Notes under the pieces: model-generated
Seen by the model: only the letters and a program-made list of their open reading frames with translations
Told to the model about the DNA's origin: nothing
Databases searched by the model: none
Program-made: the position numbers and the translations under genes
In this document: positions 19,380 to 29,043 of the stretch, in pieces
How positions within the stretch are numbered: position 1 is the first letter of the stretch
Layout of the letters: the number at the start of each line of letters is the position of its first letter
Origin: a virus
Taxonomy: Duplodnaviria > Caudoviricetes
DNA: 58,565 nt
Reading direction: 5' to 3' (one strand)
IMG/VR virus record: IMGVR_UViG_3300036861_000141
Coordinates: 1-58,565 of that record

Positions 19380-20908
19380 AGTCGGCGGCTGACCGGGCGA
19401 TTCGGCTGGTGAACAACCTCACCCATACCAAAGGTGTGTTTGCTGAGCAGACGTTTGACTTGCGGCCGTGGCAGCGGCAGATCCTCAAGAAGCTGTTCAA
19501 GACCCGTAGGGATGGGCTACGGCAGTACCGGACCTGTCTCCTGATGTTGCCGCGGAAGAACGGCAAGACCGAACTTGCTGCGGCGCTGGCGATCTACTTC
19601 CTGCTGTTTGATGGCGAGATGGGGGCAGAGGTCTATTCCGCAGCGGCAGATAAAGATCAGGCAGGGCTGGTATTCAACGTCGCGGCTCAGATGGTGCGGA
19701 ACGATCCTGAACTCTACGCCCAGTGTGAGATTGTTGACTCCCAGAAGCGAATCGTTCACCGCAAGAGCGGGAGTTTCTACCGGGCGATCTCGGCGGAGGC
19801 GTATTCCAAGCATGGCTTCAATGCCTCCGTGGTCATTTACGACGAGCTGCACGCGGCGCCGACGCGGGAACTCTGGGACGTCCTGGCAACGTCTCAGGGC
19901 GCTCGATTACAACCCCTGATGTTGGCGATTAGCACCGCAGGATATGACCGGCACTCGATTCTCTGGGAGCTCTACAGCCATGCCAAACAGGTAGCCGAGA
20001 ATCCAGAGTTGGATCCGACGTTCCTGCCCATCCTCTACGAAGCACCAGAAGGCGCCGACTGGACGGATGAAAAGGTCTGGAAACAGGCCAATCCGGCCTT
20101 AGGCGATTTCCGGTCGCTCGAGGAGATGCGAAGCGCAGCCCAACGGGCGAAACAGATTCCGGCTCAGGAGAACACGTTCAGGCGGTTGTATCTCAACCAG
20201 TGGACGGAACAGTCTGAACGCTGGATCGACATGGACGCCTGGGACGCGTGCGGGAAAGTTCCTGTTGATGTGGAATCGCTCAGAGGGCGGCTGTGCTATG
20301 CCGGGCTCGACCTCTCGAGCCGGACGGACCTGACGGCCTGTGTACTGGTGTTTCCCGATGACGATGATGGGATCACGGTCCTACCGTTCTTCTGGGTGCC
20401 GAAAGAGAACGCAGCCCAACGGGAAAAGGTTGACCGAGTGCCCTATACCGAGTGGATCCGTCAGGGACTCATTACAGCCACGCCTGGAAATGTTGTAGAC
20501 CAAGGATTTATCCGCGAAGACTTAAATAAGCTCGGGCAGCTCTATTCCATTCAGGAGATCGCCTTCGACCCGTGGAACGCCACGAAGATCGCCACCGAAC
20601 TCATGGGCGACGGATTTCACGTGGCGGAATTACGTCAAGGGTTCCGTTCGCTCAGCGAGCCCACGAAACACATGGGCGGGTTGGTCACAGGCAAGACACT
20701 GCGACACGGCGGGCATCCGGTGTTGAAAAACCACGCGGCCAACATGGTGGTGCGGCAGGATCCCAACGGCAATCTGGCGCCGGACAAGTCAAAGGTCACG
20801 GCACGTATCGACGGGATTGTGGCGCTGATCATGGGGTTGAGCCGAGCGATCGTGCATGAGCAGCACAAGGCTCCGTCCTATCAACTGCTGGTCCTGGGGG
20901 GCCGATGA
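19358..20908 (+). CDS. terL: Terminase large subunit
   Basis: LRPWQ, Walker A PRKNGKT, Walker B VIYDELH, ISTAG, nuclease GLDLS, RIDGIVA. Confidence 0.97.
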   Translation: MGRRAQVESAADRAIRLVNNLTHTKGVFAEQTFDLRPWQRQILKKLFKTRRDGLRQYRTCLLMLPRKNGKTELAAALAIYFLLFDGEMGAEVYSAAADKDQAGLVFNVAAQMVRNDPELYAQCEIVDSQKRIVHRKSGSFYRAISAEAYSKHGFNASVVIYDELHAAPTRELWDVLATSQGARLQPLMLAISTAGYDRHSILWELYSHAKQVAENPELDPTFLPILYEAPEGADWTDEKVWKQANPALGDFRSLEEMRSAAQRAKQIPAQENTFRRLYLNQWTEQSERWIDMDAWDACGKVPVDVESLRGRLCYAGLDLSSRTDLTACVLVFPDDDDGITVLPFFWVPKENAAQREKVDRVPYTEWIRQGLITATPGNVVDQGFIREDLNKLGQLYSIQEIAFDPWNATKIATELMGDGFHVAELRQGFRSLSEPTKHMGGLVTGKTLRHGGHPVLKNHAANMVVRQDPNGNLAPDKSKVTARIDGIVALIMGLSRAIVHEQHKAPSYQLLVLGGR

Positions 20909-21163
20909 TGGAATTTCTTGCAACGCCAGCCCTCGTGACTGAACTCTTGACGCTAGCGACTCAGGTAAAACAAGCCAAGCAAGATTTAAGGACTGCCCTG
21001 ACGGCGCAGGAGACGGCCCGATTAAGTCTCATTGACGCCAAGAACCACACGTTAGAGGCATCAGAGCGCTTCAATAAGGTGCGTGCCGAGTGGCTGCGGG
21101 TGGCTGATGCTTCCGACGAGATTGGCGAGATGCACAACTGGGCTGGGATTATTAGTAGGGCCG

Positions 21164-21355
21164 ATGATGGCAAATGAACCAGACACGCCCAAACGTGGCC
21201 GGCCCAAAGTCGAGGAACCTCGATCCTCAGTCTCCACTTGGATGCCGGCGACGTATCACGATCGGCTGATTCGTCTGGCCAACCAGAATGAGGTGTCTGT
21301 GTCCAGTATGGTGAGACGGATCCTCGTTCTGCAGTTGCAAACCAGCGCGAAGTAA
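21164..21355 (+). CDS. AT-hook plus ribbon-helix-helix DNA-binding protein
   Basis: KRGRPK followed by SVSTWMP..YHDRL.RLA....VSVSSMVRRIL. Confidence 0.6.
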   Translation: MMANEPDTPKRGRPKVEEPRSSVSTWMPATYHDRLIRLANQNEVSVSSMVRRILVLQLQTSAK

Positions 21356-21407
21356 TTCTCTACTAAACAATCCGCCCGATTAGTCTCTAGCCCCAACATC
21401 TAGGGGC

Positions 21408-23330
21408 TTGACTCCCGAACCCCAGAACCGCGCCTGGTCCACGTTTGAACTGAAAGCCATCAACGAGGACGAGCGGATCATTGAAGGCTACGCCAGCACG
21501 CCGACGCCTGACAGGCGAGGTGATGTTATGGAGCCGCTCGGGGCTGAGTTTGACCTCCCGATGCCGTTCCTATGGCAGCACGATCAGGACAGGCCGATCG
21601 GTGAAGTCTTCGAGGCCAAGCCAGACAAGAAGAAGGGCATTTACATCCGGGCTCGTATTGCGAAACTCGATGAGCCAGGGCCGTTAAAGGCACGTCTCGA
21701 CGAAGCGTGGCAAAGCATTAAGGCCAAGTTAGTCCGTGGCCTGAGTATTGGGTGGTCTCCGCTCGAAGCAGCACCCATTAAAGAAACAGGCGGTCTCCAC
21801 GTCCTCCGGTGGATTTGGGCTGAGTTGAGCGCCGTTACGGTACCCATGAACTCGGCCGCATCAATCCTCAAAATCAAAGAACTCGATCTGGCCGCGTCAG
21901 GCCTTCACTCGCCCAGCGTCATGGGCAGCTTCCCTGTTGTCCATGCCGTGAAGGCGGCACCTCCAATGACTAGCACCATTCCCGAACAGATCACCAGTTT
22001 TGAAAATACCCGCGCGCTGAAGAACTCCCGCGCGATCGAGATCATGACCAAGGCCGCAGAAGCCGGCGTGACCCTCGATGCGGCACAGAGCGAGGAGTAC
22101 GACACGCTTCAGCGCGAGATCCAGAGCGTTGACGCGCACCTCACGCGCCTGCGCGAGCTCGAGAAGCTGAACGTCGTCACGGCGACACCGATCGTTACCA
22201 AGACCACCGATCATCTCCAAGCCAGCGAACTCCGCGGCGGTAATTCCAACCCGGTGATCACGGTGAAGGCGAACGTGCCGAAGGGCACCGCGTTCACGCG
22301 CTTTGTGATGGCTAAGATCGCCGGCAAGAACAGCACGTCTGATGCAATCCGCTACGTCGAAGAAAACAAGACGTGGATGGACCAGACGCCGGAAGTTCTG
22401 CTCGCGCTGAAGGCCGCGGTGAATCCCGGCACGATCGCAGAGCCGGCGTGGGCCGCACCACTCGCCGTCGCGCGTCCGATGCAGGACGAGTTTCTCGATT
22501 TGCTTCGCCCAGAAACCATTCTCGGAAAAGTGAGCGGCTTCAAGCGCGTGCCGTTCAACGTGAGCGTGCCGGTGCAAACCGGAGGCGGTACCTACAATTG
22601 GGTTGGAGAGGGTGCGCCCAAACCAGTCGGCAACCTGCAGTTCACCAGCGTCACGCTTGGTATCGCCAAGGCCGCTGGCATCATCGTGATCTCGGAGGAA
22701 CTCGCGAAGATTTCGACACCATCCGCAGAAGGCGTTGTGCGAAACGACATGATCCGCGGTATGGCGCAGTACCTCGATCAGCAGTTTATCGATCCAACTG
22801 TCGCGGCGGTGACGAACGTATCGCCGGCATCGATCACGAACGGGGCAAACGGTTTTGCCACGGCCGGCACGTCTGCTGACAACGCACGCACGGACATCAA
22901 GAAAGCGATCACGCTGTTCACGCAGAGCAATCTATCGGTGTCAGAGGCCGTTCTGATCATGTCGGAGGCCAATGCCTTCGCACTCGCGACGGCACTCACT
23001 GCCAATGGCGTGCGAGTTAATGCGGATCTCACCGCGAAGGGCGGATCGATTCTCGGCATTCCGGTTGTCACCAGCCAGACTGCCGGTAACGTCGTCGCGC
23101 TCGTTCATGCGCCATCGATTCTCTTTGCCGATGACGGTGGCGTGAATATCGATATCTCGCGCGAAGCCAGCGTTGAGATGAGCACGACTCCAACAAGCCC
23201 GATCTCGGCATCGGTTGTGTCGGTAAACCTATGGCAGGCTAATCTCGTAGGTTTGCGCGCAGAAAGATGGATAAATTACAAGCGCGCTCGTACCGTGGCA
23301 GTTGTTTACACCACGGCCACTTACGTTTAG
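21408..23330 (+). CDS. Fused HK97-type prohead protease and major capsid protein
   Basis: Protease IEGYAS..DRRGD..LWQHD..GLSIG..ELSAVTVPMN, then a coiled-coil scaffold region, then capsid WVGEG..KP, ISEEL, LRAER. Confidence 0.93.
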   Translation: MTPEPQNRAWSTFELKAINEDERIIEGYASTPTPDRRGDVMEPLGAEFDLPMPFLWQHDQDRPIGEVFEAKPDKKKGIYIRARIAKLDEPGPLKARLDEAWQSIKAKLVRGLSIGWSPLEAAPIKETGGLHVLRWIWAELSAVTVPMNSAASILKIKELDLAASGLHSPSVMGSFPVVHAVKAAPPMTSTIPEQITSFENTRALKNSRAIEIMTKAAEAGVTLDAAQSEEYDTLQREIQSVDAHLTRLRELEKLNVVTATPIVTKTTDHLQASELRGGNSNPVITVKANVPKGTAFTRFVMAKIAGKNSTSDAIRYVEENKTWMDQTPEVLLALKAAVNPGTIAEPAWAAPLAVARPMQDEFLDLLRPETILGKVSGFKRVPFNVSVPVQTGGGTYNWVGEGAPKPVGNLQFTSVTLGIAKAAGIIVISEELAKISTPSAEGVVRNDMIRGMAQYLDQQFIDPTVAAVTNVSPASITNGANGFATAGTSADNARTDIKKAITLFTQSNLSVSEAVLIMSEANAFALATALTANGVRVNADLTAKGGSILGIPVVTSQTAGNVVALVHAPSILFADDGGVNIDISREASVEMSTTPTSPISASVVSVNLWQANLVGLRAERWINYKRARTVAVVYTTATYV

Positions 23331-23341
23331 GGCGATAATGA

Positions 23342-23428
23342 AGTGCGCACCTAGGGTCATTCCCGAAAGCCGGTTTCCTAGCCGGTTGGTGCGCACTCGT
23401 CAACTAGGCGCGACTGTAGGAGGTCGCC
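23342..23428 (+). promoter_or_regulatory. Structured 5' leader of HNH gene (three-way junction plus SD-sequestering hairpin)
   Basis: AGUGCGCACC/GGUGCGCACU closes GGG/CCC and AGCCGG/CCGGUU; GCGAC/GUCGC flanks UAGGAG. Confidence 0.55.
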
Positions 23429-23429
23429 G

Positions 23430-24479
23430 ATGGAAGTCATTTCTCGATCAGCTGCGAAGGCTGCAGGCCTCAAATATTTCTTCACTGGTAAGACGTGTCG
23501 CGGTGGTCACGTGGACGTACGTTTCGTATCGTCCTACGAGTGCCGGACCTGCAGTTACGCGAAAGTTCTTAAGATCTATTACTCGAAGCGCCCATCGACT
23601 GATGGTAGGACGTGCGCTGTGTGTGGGTGCGCGTTGTCATCTAACAAGAATCGGAAGGCGCGTTACTGCTCCGACGCATGACGGCTTAAGTCGCGAGGTA
23701 GTAAGTATCGAGCGTCGGAAGCCCGCTATAAGAAAGCGAATCGTGGGCGGATTAATAAGCGTGCTCGCGAGAAGTACGCGAATGATCCAGTGGTGCGCGC
23801 TAGGATTCTTGAGAGCCAACGACAGGAACGAGCCAAAGACCGACCCCTCAATCGCCCATGCATTGAATGCGGCCAGTCATTTATCTATCAGCCGAAATTC
23901 GGCGGTAATAGCGGCAGGTTCTGTTCATCTGAATGCCGTGAGTCCAGAAAGTCTAAAACACACAACGCGTGGTGTCTGGCGCATCAAAACGAGCAGAAAC
24001 AAAAGTACGCAGCGTATCGGCGCAAGTTTAAGGAGCAGGATCCGGACTACTTCAAGCGTCACTACGCCGCTAATCGCGAGCGCAAGAAGCGCCAGTCGCA
24101 GGAGTGGTATCGCGAGAACGCTGAGTATGCGCTGGGGCGTCAGAAGGCCTACGCCTCGAAGCGCCTCGTTGAGAATCCCGATCATGTTCGCGCGATTGGC
24201 CGTAAGCACGCGCAATCTCGGCGAGCCATCAAAAAGCAAGTATTCGTTGAGAACGTCGATCCGCGCGTGGTCTTTAAGCGCGACAAGGGCATCTGCGGTA
24301 TATGTCTGAAGACCGTAGACCCAACGAGCAAGTGGGAAGTGGATCACAAGATCCCGATCTCGAAGGGCGGAGCCCACTCGTACGCGAACGTGCAGCTCTC
24401 CCACCGGAAGTGCAACCGGGCGAAGTGGGCCAACCTCCCGAAGGGCCAGCCGACGCTGTTCCAAGTGATCGCGTCCTAA
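23430..24479 (+). pseudogene. Zn-finger HNH homing endonuclease interrupted by in-frame TGA at 23679-23681
   Basis: ORFs 23430..23681 and 23790..24479 share a frame and the gap is open. The stop lies in YCSDA*R (compare FCSSECR later). C-terminal CGIC...EVDHKIP..KGG.H...NVQLSHRKCN. Confidence 0.75.
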
Positions 24480-24696
24480 CCTCCGCCGACTACGGCATCC
24501 CCTCGCCACTCATCCGGCCAGAGACGTCAGGCACCGCCCAAACGGTGTTCATGGTGGTGCTGCGGCCACACACGTACCACGGCCGCACACAGGATGAAGG
24601 CGACGTGTATCTCGCCCACGAGCACGAAATCGAGAACATTGAAAATCTCAAGTTCGCCCAGCGCGTGACGCCGCCGCAGCGCGCCGTGAGGCCGCG

Positions 24697-24891
24697 TTGA
24701 GGAGAAAGGTGATTGCCGGTGCGACAGCCATTGCAGGATTTCTGCTCTCCAATCTTCATACGTGGATGTTTGTTATTGGGATGGCTCTGATCTATCGGGG
24801 TGTCTCTGGATTTTCTAAACCAGCCGCCAACATCGCGCTCGGTGTACTGCTGATTGCGGCAGCTATGTGGCCGTATATGAAGAAGGCCTGA
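24697..24891 (+). CDS. Small membrane protein preceding the portal
   Basis: Hydrophobic helices; stop overlaps the portal ATG. Confidence 0.6.
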   Translation: MRRKVIAGATAIAGFLLSNLHTWMFVIGMALIYRGVSGFSKPAANIALGVLLIAAAMWPYMKKA

Positions 24892-26273
24892 TGGACATTC
24901 TCGGCGGCCTCATTCTTCGCGAGAAGGCGTCCAGTGCGCTGGCGCCGCTCAGCCCGAGCAGTGCTGGCTGGTGGCCGTGGGGCGTCGTTAGAGAAAGCTT
25001 CAGCGGTGCCTGGCAGCAGAACGTCGAACTCCGGGCAGATACGGCGCTGTCCTATTACGCCGTGTATGCCTGCCTGCGGTTGATTTCCACTGACGTCGGG
25101 AAGATGTGTCTGCGGTTGGTGGAGCAGGATTCGTACGGCGTGTGGAGTGAGACGAACTCCCCAGCATTCTCACCTGTTCTGAGAATCCCAAATCGTTACC
25201 AGACGATCAACAAGTTTATCGAGAGCTGGATCCTGTCCAAGTTGATGCACGGCAATGCCTACGTGCTCCTGGATCGGGATCAGCGGAACGTCGTTGTGGC
25301 GATGCACGTCTTGGAACCAGCGCGCGTGAAGCCGTTAGTCACACGAGACGGGGCGGTCTATTACGAGGTCCAGCGGGATGACCTGTCAGGGCTGCAGAAC
25401 GAGAGCCCGTACCTCTTTCGAGCGAGCGAGGTCATCCATGACACGTACATTGCACCGTTTCATCCGCTCATTGGGCTATCGCCAATATATGCGTGTGGTC
25501 TGTCGGCTATGCAGGGCCTCACGATCCAGAACAACTCCAAAAACTTCTTCACCAATGGTGCGAATCCTGGCGGCATGTTGACCGCGCCAGGGGCCATTTC
25601 AGATGAGACCGCGGCGCGGTTGCTCGCCACCGTGAACAGCAAGAAAGCCGGCGACACGCTGGTCGGTGGCGATGGGCTGAAGTTTGAGAAGTTCACCATG
25701 ACGGCGGTGGACGCGCAGTTGATTGAGCAGTTGCGGATGACTGCGGAACAAGTCTGCAGCGCGTTCGGCGTGCCCCCGTATCTCGTGGACATTGGGCCGC
25801 CGCCGCCATACGCGAACTTTGAACCGTTGCTCCTGAAGTATCACAGCCAGTGCATTCAGAGCCTTACGGTCAACCTTGAAAAGAGTTTAGACAAGGGCCT
25901 CGGGATCGTTGAGAAGGTCGATGGGAAACAGTACGGGACCGAGTTTGACATTGACGATCTGATCTGGATGGACACAGAGACGCGCGGAAACGCATCGCAG
26001 AAGTCGTCCGGTGTTCTCTCACCGAATGAACAGAGGAAAAAGTATTACGGTGTCGGTCCTGTCAAGGGCGGTGAGGAGCCGGTCTTACAACAACAGAACT
26101 GGCCGATTAGCCAACTCGCAGAGCGCGAGCCTCCGACCATTCCGCAAGCACCTCCCGCGCAGCCGTCTGCTGACGGCGAAGACGACGAAGACATGCCGGC
26201 CGAAGACATGACGGCCAGCTTTGCGGCGATTGTGCATCGAAAATCGCTGGAGGCGGAACTCTATGCCGCGTGA
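24891..26273 (+). CDS. Portal protein (HK97 family)
   Basis: AVYACLRLIS, PNRYQT, HGNAYV, GLSPI, FFTNGANPGG, AFGVPP, LSPNE.R. Confidence 0.96.
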   Translation: MDILGGLILREKASSALAPLSPSSAGWWPWGVVRESFSGAWQQNVELRADTALSYYAVYACLRLISTDVGKMCLRLVEQDSYGVWSETNSPAFSPVLRIPNRYQTINKFIESWILSKLMHGNAYVLLDRDQRNVVVAMHVLEPARVKPLVTRDGAVYYEVQRDDLSGLQNESPYLFRASEVIHDTYIAPFHPLIGLSPIYACGLSAMQGLTIQNNSKNFFTNGANPGGMLTAPGAISDETAARLLATVNSKKAGDTLVGGDGLKFEKFTMTAVDAQLIEQLRMTAEQVCSAFGVPPYLVDIGPPPPYANFEPLLLKYHSQCIQSLTVNLEKSLDKGLGIVEKVDGKQYGTEFDIDDLIWMDTETRGNASQKSSGVLSPNEQRKKYYGVGPVKGGEEPVLQQQNWPISQLAEREPPTIPQAPPAQPSADGEDDEDMPAEDMTASFAAIVHRKSLEAELYAA

Positions 26274-27405
26274 TCTTGAAGGCTTGGCCGATGTCGTGGT
26301 GCTGACGGTAAAAACCGCGATGGCACCAGTGCTCGAGCGGCTGGCGTTGGTTGAACAAGAGAACGCCAATCTCAAGGTGGCGATCGCTGGCTTCCATGAT
26401 GTGCGTGATCGGGTGGTGGCCGTTGAGACCAAGGCGGCGATGCCGATCTCCGTCACGGAAGTGCCACCTGTGGACCTCTCGCCACTCTTGGCGCGGCTGT
26501 CCGTGCTCGAGCAGGCACAAGCAGACACCAAGACGGCTTTAGGCATCGTGACGGAGTTACGGGATCGGGTGGTGGCGGTAGAGACCAAGGCGGCGATGCC
26601 GTTGCCTCTCGCTGTGGATCCGCCACCGCCCGCTGATTTGACGCCAGTGCTGGAGCGTATGGCGTCTGTTGAAGCGCACGTCTCTCGGCTAGGCACGGCG
26701 GAACAGATGCTGAGCGAGTTGCGGGATCGGGTCGTTGTGGTGGAGACAAAGAACGCGATGCCAGTCGCACCATCGGACACGCCGGAGCCGGTAGACCTTG
26801 CGCCAGTTTGGTCTGCTATTGAGGCGCAGAAAGAGTGCGTGACCGACCTCGGTGGTCGGCTGGCCACGGTCGAAACCAAGAACGCCCCGACAGGGATCAC
26901 ATCCTCAGAACTTGACCTGTCTATTCGTGAGCGGCTGGATCCGGTGCTCGCGTCCATCGCGGAAGCACGCGAACGCCTTGTAGCCGTCGAAACACGAGCG
27001 CCCACTCCTGGCCCTCCAGGCAAAGACGGAGAACGCGGCACTGATGGCAAGGACGGCACGCCTGGGCGCGATGGTGTGGACGGTCTCGGCTTCGATGACA
27101 TGGATGCCGAGTTTAATGAATCCCTGCGAATGCTGACGTTGAAGTTTCAACGTGGGCAACTGAAGAAGACCTTCCCAATCTTGCTGCCGTATCTGCAGTA
27201 CGAAGGCGTCTATATCGAGGGCAAGTCCTACGAGCGCGGTTCTGTCGTGACGTGGGCCGGTTCCACCTGGCACGCCAATGAGCAAACGACATTGAAACCA
27301 GGTGAAGGCTCAAAGGCCTGGACCCTGATCGTCAAGCGCGGTCGTGATGGCAAGGACGGTCGTGATGCAATGGATCCTATGCCTGTTGTGTCAGTGAAGC
27401 GATGA
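26263..27405 (+). CDS. Head-associated coiled-coil/collagen-like protein with C-terminal carbohydrate-binding-like module
   Basis: Repeats of RDRVVAVETK at about 52-aa period; GxY collagen stretch; YxGVY...YERGSVVTWAGSTW...WTL.VKRGRDGKD. Confidence 0.7.
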   Translation: MPRDLEGLADVVVLTVKTAMAPVLERLALVEQENANLKVAIAGFHDVRDRVVAVETKAAMPISVTEVPPVDLSPLLARLSVLEQAQADTKTALGIVTELRDRVVAVETKAAMPLPLAVDPPPPADLTPVLERMASVEAHVSRLGTAEQMLSELRDRVVVVETKNAMPVAPSDTPEPVDLAPVWSAIEAQKECVTDLGGRLATVETKNAPTGITSSELDLSIRERLDPVLASIAEARERLVAVETRAPTPGPPGKDGERGTDGKDGTPGRDGVDGLGFDDMDAEFNESLRMLTLKFQRGQLKKTFPILLPYLQYEGVYIEGKSYERGSVVTWAGSTWHANEQTTLKPGEGSKAWTLIVKRGRDGKDGRDAMDPMPVVSVKR

Positions 27406-28058
27406 GTATTGTCCTGACGACTGCAACGGCGGTGGTGCCTCGGCTGTGGCCGGGAGAAACAGTCTGCATTATTGGGGGCGGATCCAGTCTCACGGCGGCG
27501 GACTGTGCGTATGTGCGCGGCAAGGTGCGTGTCATTGCCATTAAAGAGGCGGCGGTCTGTAGCTTGCCGCACATTACACCGCCGGCGCCGTGGGCTGACG
27601 TCTTATTTGCGAGCGATGAAAAATGGTGGAAGTTTGAGCAGGGCGCACCAGGATTCACGCGCCTGAAATACGGCATTGAGAATGTTCCAGGTGTGCCGTT
27701 GCGCGAATGGCCTGGCGTGCAATACCTGAGAAACACCGGTGACGAGGGCTTAGAGCTCGATCCGTCAGGCCTCAAGACCGGATTTAACTCTGGAGCGCAA
27801 GCGATCAATCTGGTCGTGCATCTCGGCGCGGCCAAGATCGTTCTTCTTGGCTTCGATTGCTGGCGCGGTCCTTCAGGTCAACAGAACTGGTTCGGCCAGC
27901 ATCCAGCACACATCGATAGTCCGTATCCGATCTTTCTTCAAGGCTTCGCATCGATGGTGGAGCCGTTGAAAGCGGCCGGCGTAGAAGTGGTCAATGCCAG
28001 TAGATTCACTGTGCTGAATGCGTTTCCTCGCGTCCAACTTGAGGAGGCGTTGCCGTAA
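27402..28058 (+). CDS. Sialyltransferase/Maf-fold glycosyltransferase-like protein
   Basis: TVCIIGGGSSL...ADVLFASDEKWW...NSGAQAINL..HLGA.KIVLLGFDC. Confidence 0.7.
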   Translation: MSIVLTTATAVVPRLWPGETVCIIGGGSSLTAADCAYVRGKVRVIAIKEAAVCSLPHITPPAPWADVLFASDEKWWKFEQGAPGFTRLKYGIENVPGVPLREWPGVQYLRNTGDEGLELDPSGLKTGFNSGAQAINLVVHLGAAKIVLLGFDCWRGPSGQQNWFGQHPAHIDSPYPIFLQGFASMVEPLKAAGVEVVNASRFTVLNAFPRVQLEEALP

Positions 28059-28275
28059 TGGGTCGCGCCAGAATGCTCATCACGCCTGAACTGCTTCGCG
28101 AGTTGATTCCGCTGCCGATAAGCACGGACATCATTGGCAGCTTAGTAAACGCTGAATACGTCGATGTGGTCGTTGATGATCCGGCACTGCCAGAAACGTC
28201 TGGAGAAGAGTTGCCTATCGTTACTCCGACGTTCAGACGCAATGTGCCGGTGGAGTTCGTTGACTGGGGTGTCAA

Positions 28276-29043
28276 GTGACGCCACCTGTTTCCTACTTCG
28301 TGCCGGACGAGTTCAGCTCGCCCAAATTAGCGTATGCCTTCGCGAAGGGTTGCGGCGGCACGATCACGGACGACCTTGAGTATCTGTATCCGGGGCCTGT
28401 CGCGATGTTTGGGTCACCTCCAGTGTGGCCTCTCCTTCGGAGAGCCAAGGCCGAACAAAGAGATTGGTTTTATATCGACCACGCCTATATGGGCCGGGGT
28501 CGGTTCTACCGGATCACTAAGAACGCGTACCAACATGACGGCACAGGCGTGGGTGAAGAGGCACGGTTTATTCGCGCCGCCGCTGGGCGCACTATCCAGC
28601 CCTGGAAGAAATCCGGCTCACACATTCTGATCTGCCCGCAGTCGGCCATCTATTTCAGCCTGCATGGAATCAATGCTGATGCGTGGCTGAGAGACGTGAT
28701 GGCGACGGTGCGAAAGTATACAGACCGCGAGATCAGGGTTCGGTATAAGGCCTCGCGGACGCCGATCGGGCCTGACCTTGAGGACGCGTGGGCGGTCGTG
28801 GTGTTCAGCAGTGCAGCGGCGCTGGACGGGCTAATCGCTGGTGTGCCGGTGTTTACGCTGGCGCCCTTCGCGGCGACGGTTCACATGGGTTTGTCGGACC
28901 TGTCTCGAATTGAAGCGCCCATTTATCCAGACGGGCGGGAGGAGTTTCTGTTCGCGCTCGCTTCCAACCAGTGGACCTTGCCGGAAATCATGCGCGGGTC
29001 GGCGTGGAGACACTTGCAGGAGAGCCATGTTCAAGCGGAGTAA
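28276..29043 (+). CDS. GT-B fold capsule-synthesis-like (KpsC/KpsS-like) glycosyltransferase
   Basis: YIDHAY...HILICPQ...REIRVRYK...AWAVVVFSSAAALDGLIAGVPVF. Confidence 0.6.
   Translation: MTPPVSYFVPDEFSSPKLAYAFAKGCGGTITDDLEYLYPGPVAMFGSPPVWPLLRRAKAEQRDWFYIDHAYMGRGRFYRITKNAYQHDGTGVGEEARFIRAAAGRTIQPWKKSGSHILICPQSAIYFSLHGINADAWLRDVMATVRKYTDREIRVRYKASRTPIGPDLEDAWAVVVFSSAAALDGLIAGVPVFTLAPFAATVHMGLSDLSRIEAPIYPDGREEFLFALASNQWTLPEIMRGSAWRHLQESHVQAE

Noticed and set aside
23342-23397. Hammerhead ribozyme
   Set aside because: It has a three-way junction and GAAA but lacks the CUGANGA core.
23679-23681. Genome-wide UGA recoding
   Set aside because: Many core genes (terL, portal, connector, tail tube) end in TGA, several in stop-start overlaps, so TGA is a normal stop.
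23302-24309. 335-aa alternative-frame ORF and similar long shadow ORFs (for example 26085..27101 and 13332..14078 on the minus strand)
   Set aside because: They overlap well-supported genes, have no motifs or RBS, and are expected in GC-rich DNA.
26407-26765. CRISPR array or DGR template/variable repeats
   Set aside because: The repeats are in-frame protein repeats with a 156-162 nt period. No cas or reverse transcriptase gene is visible in the genome.
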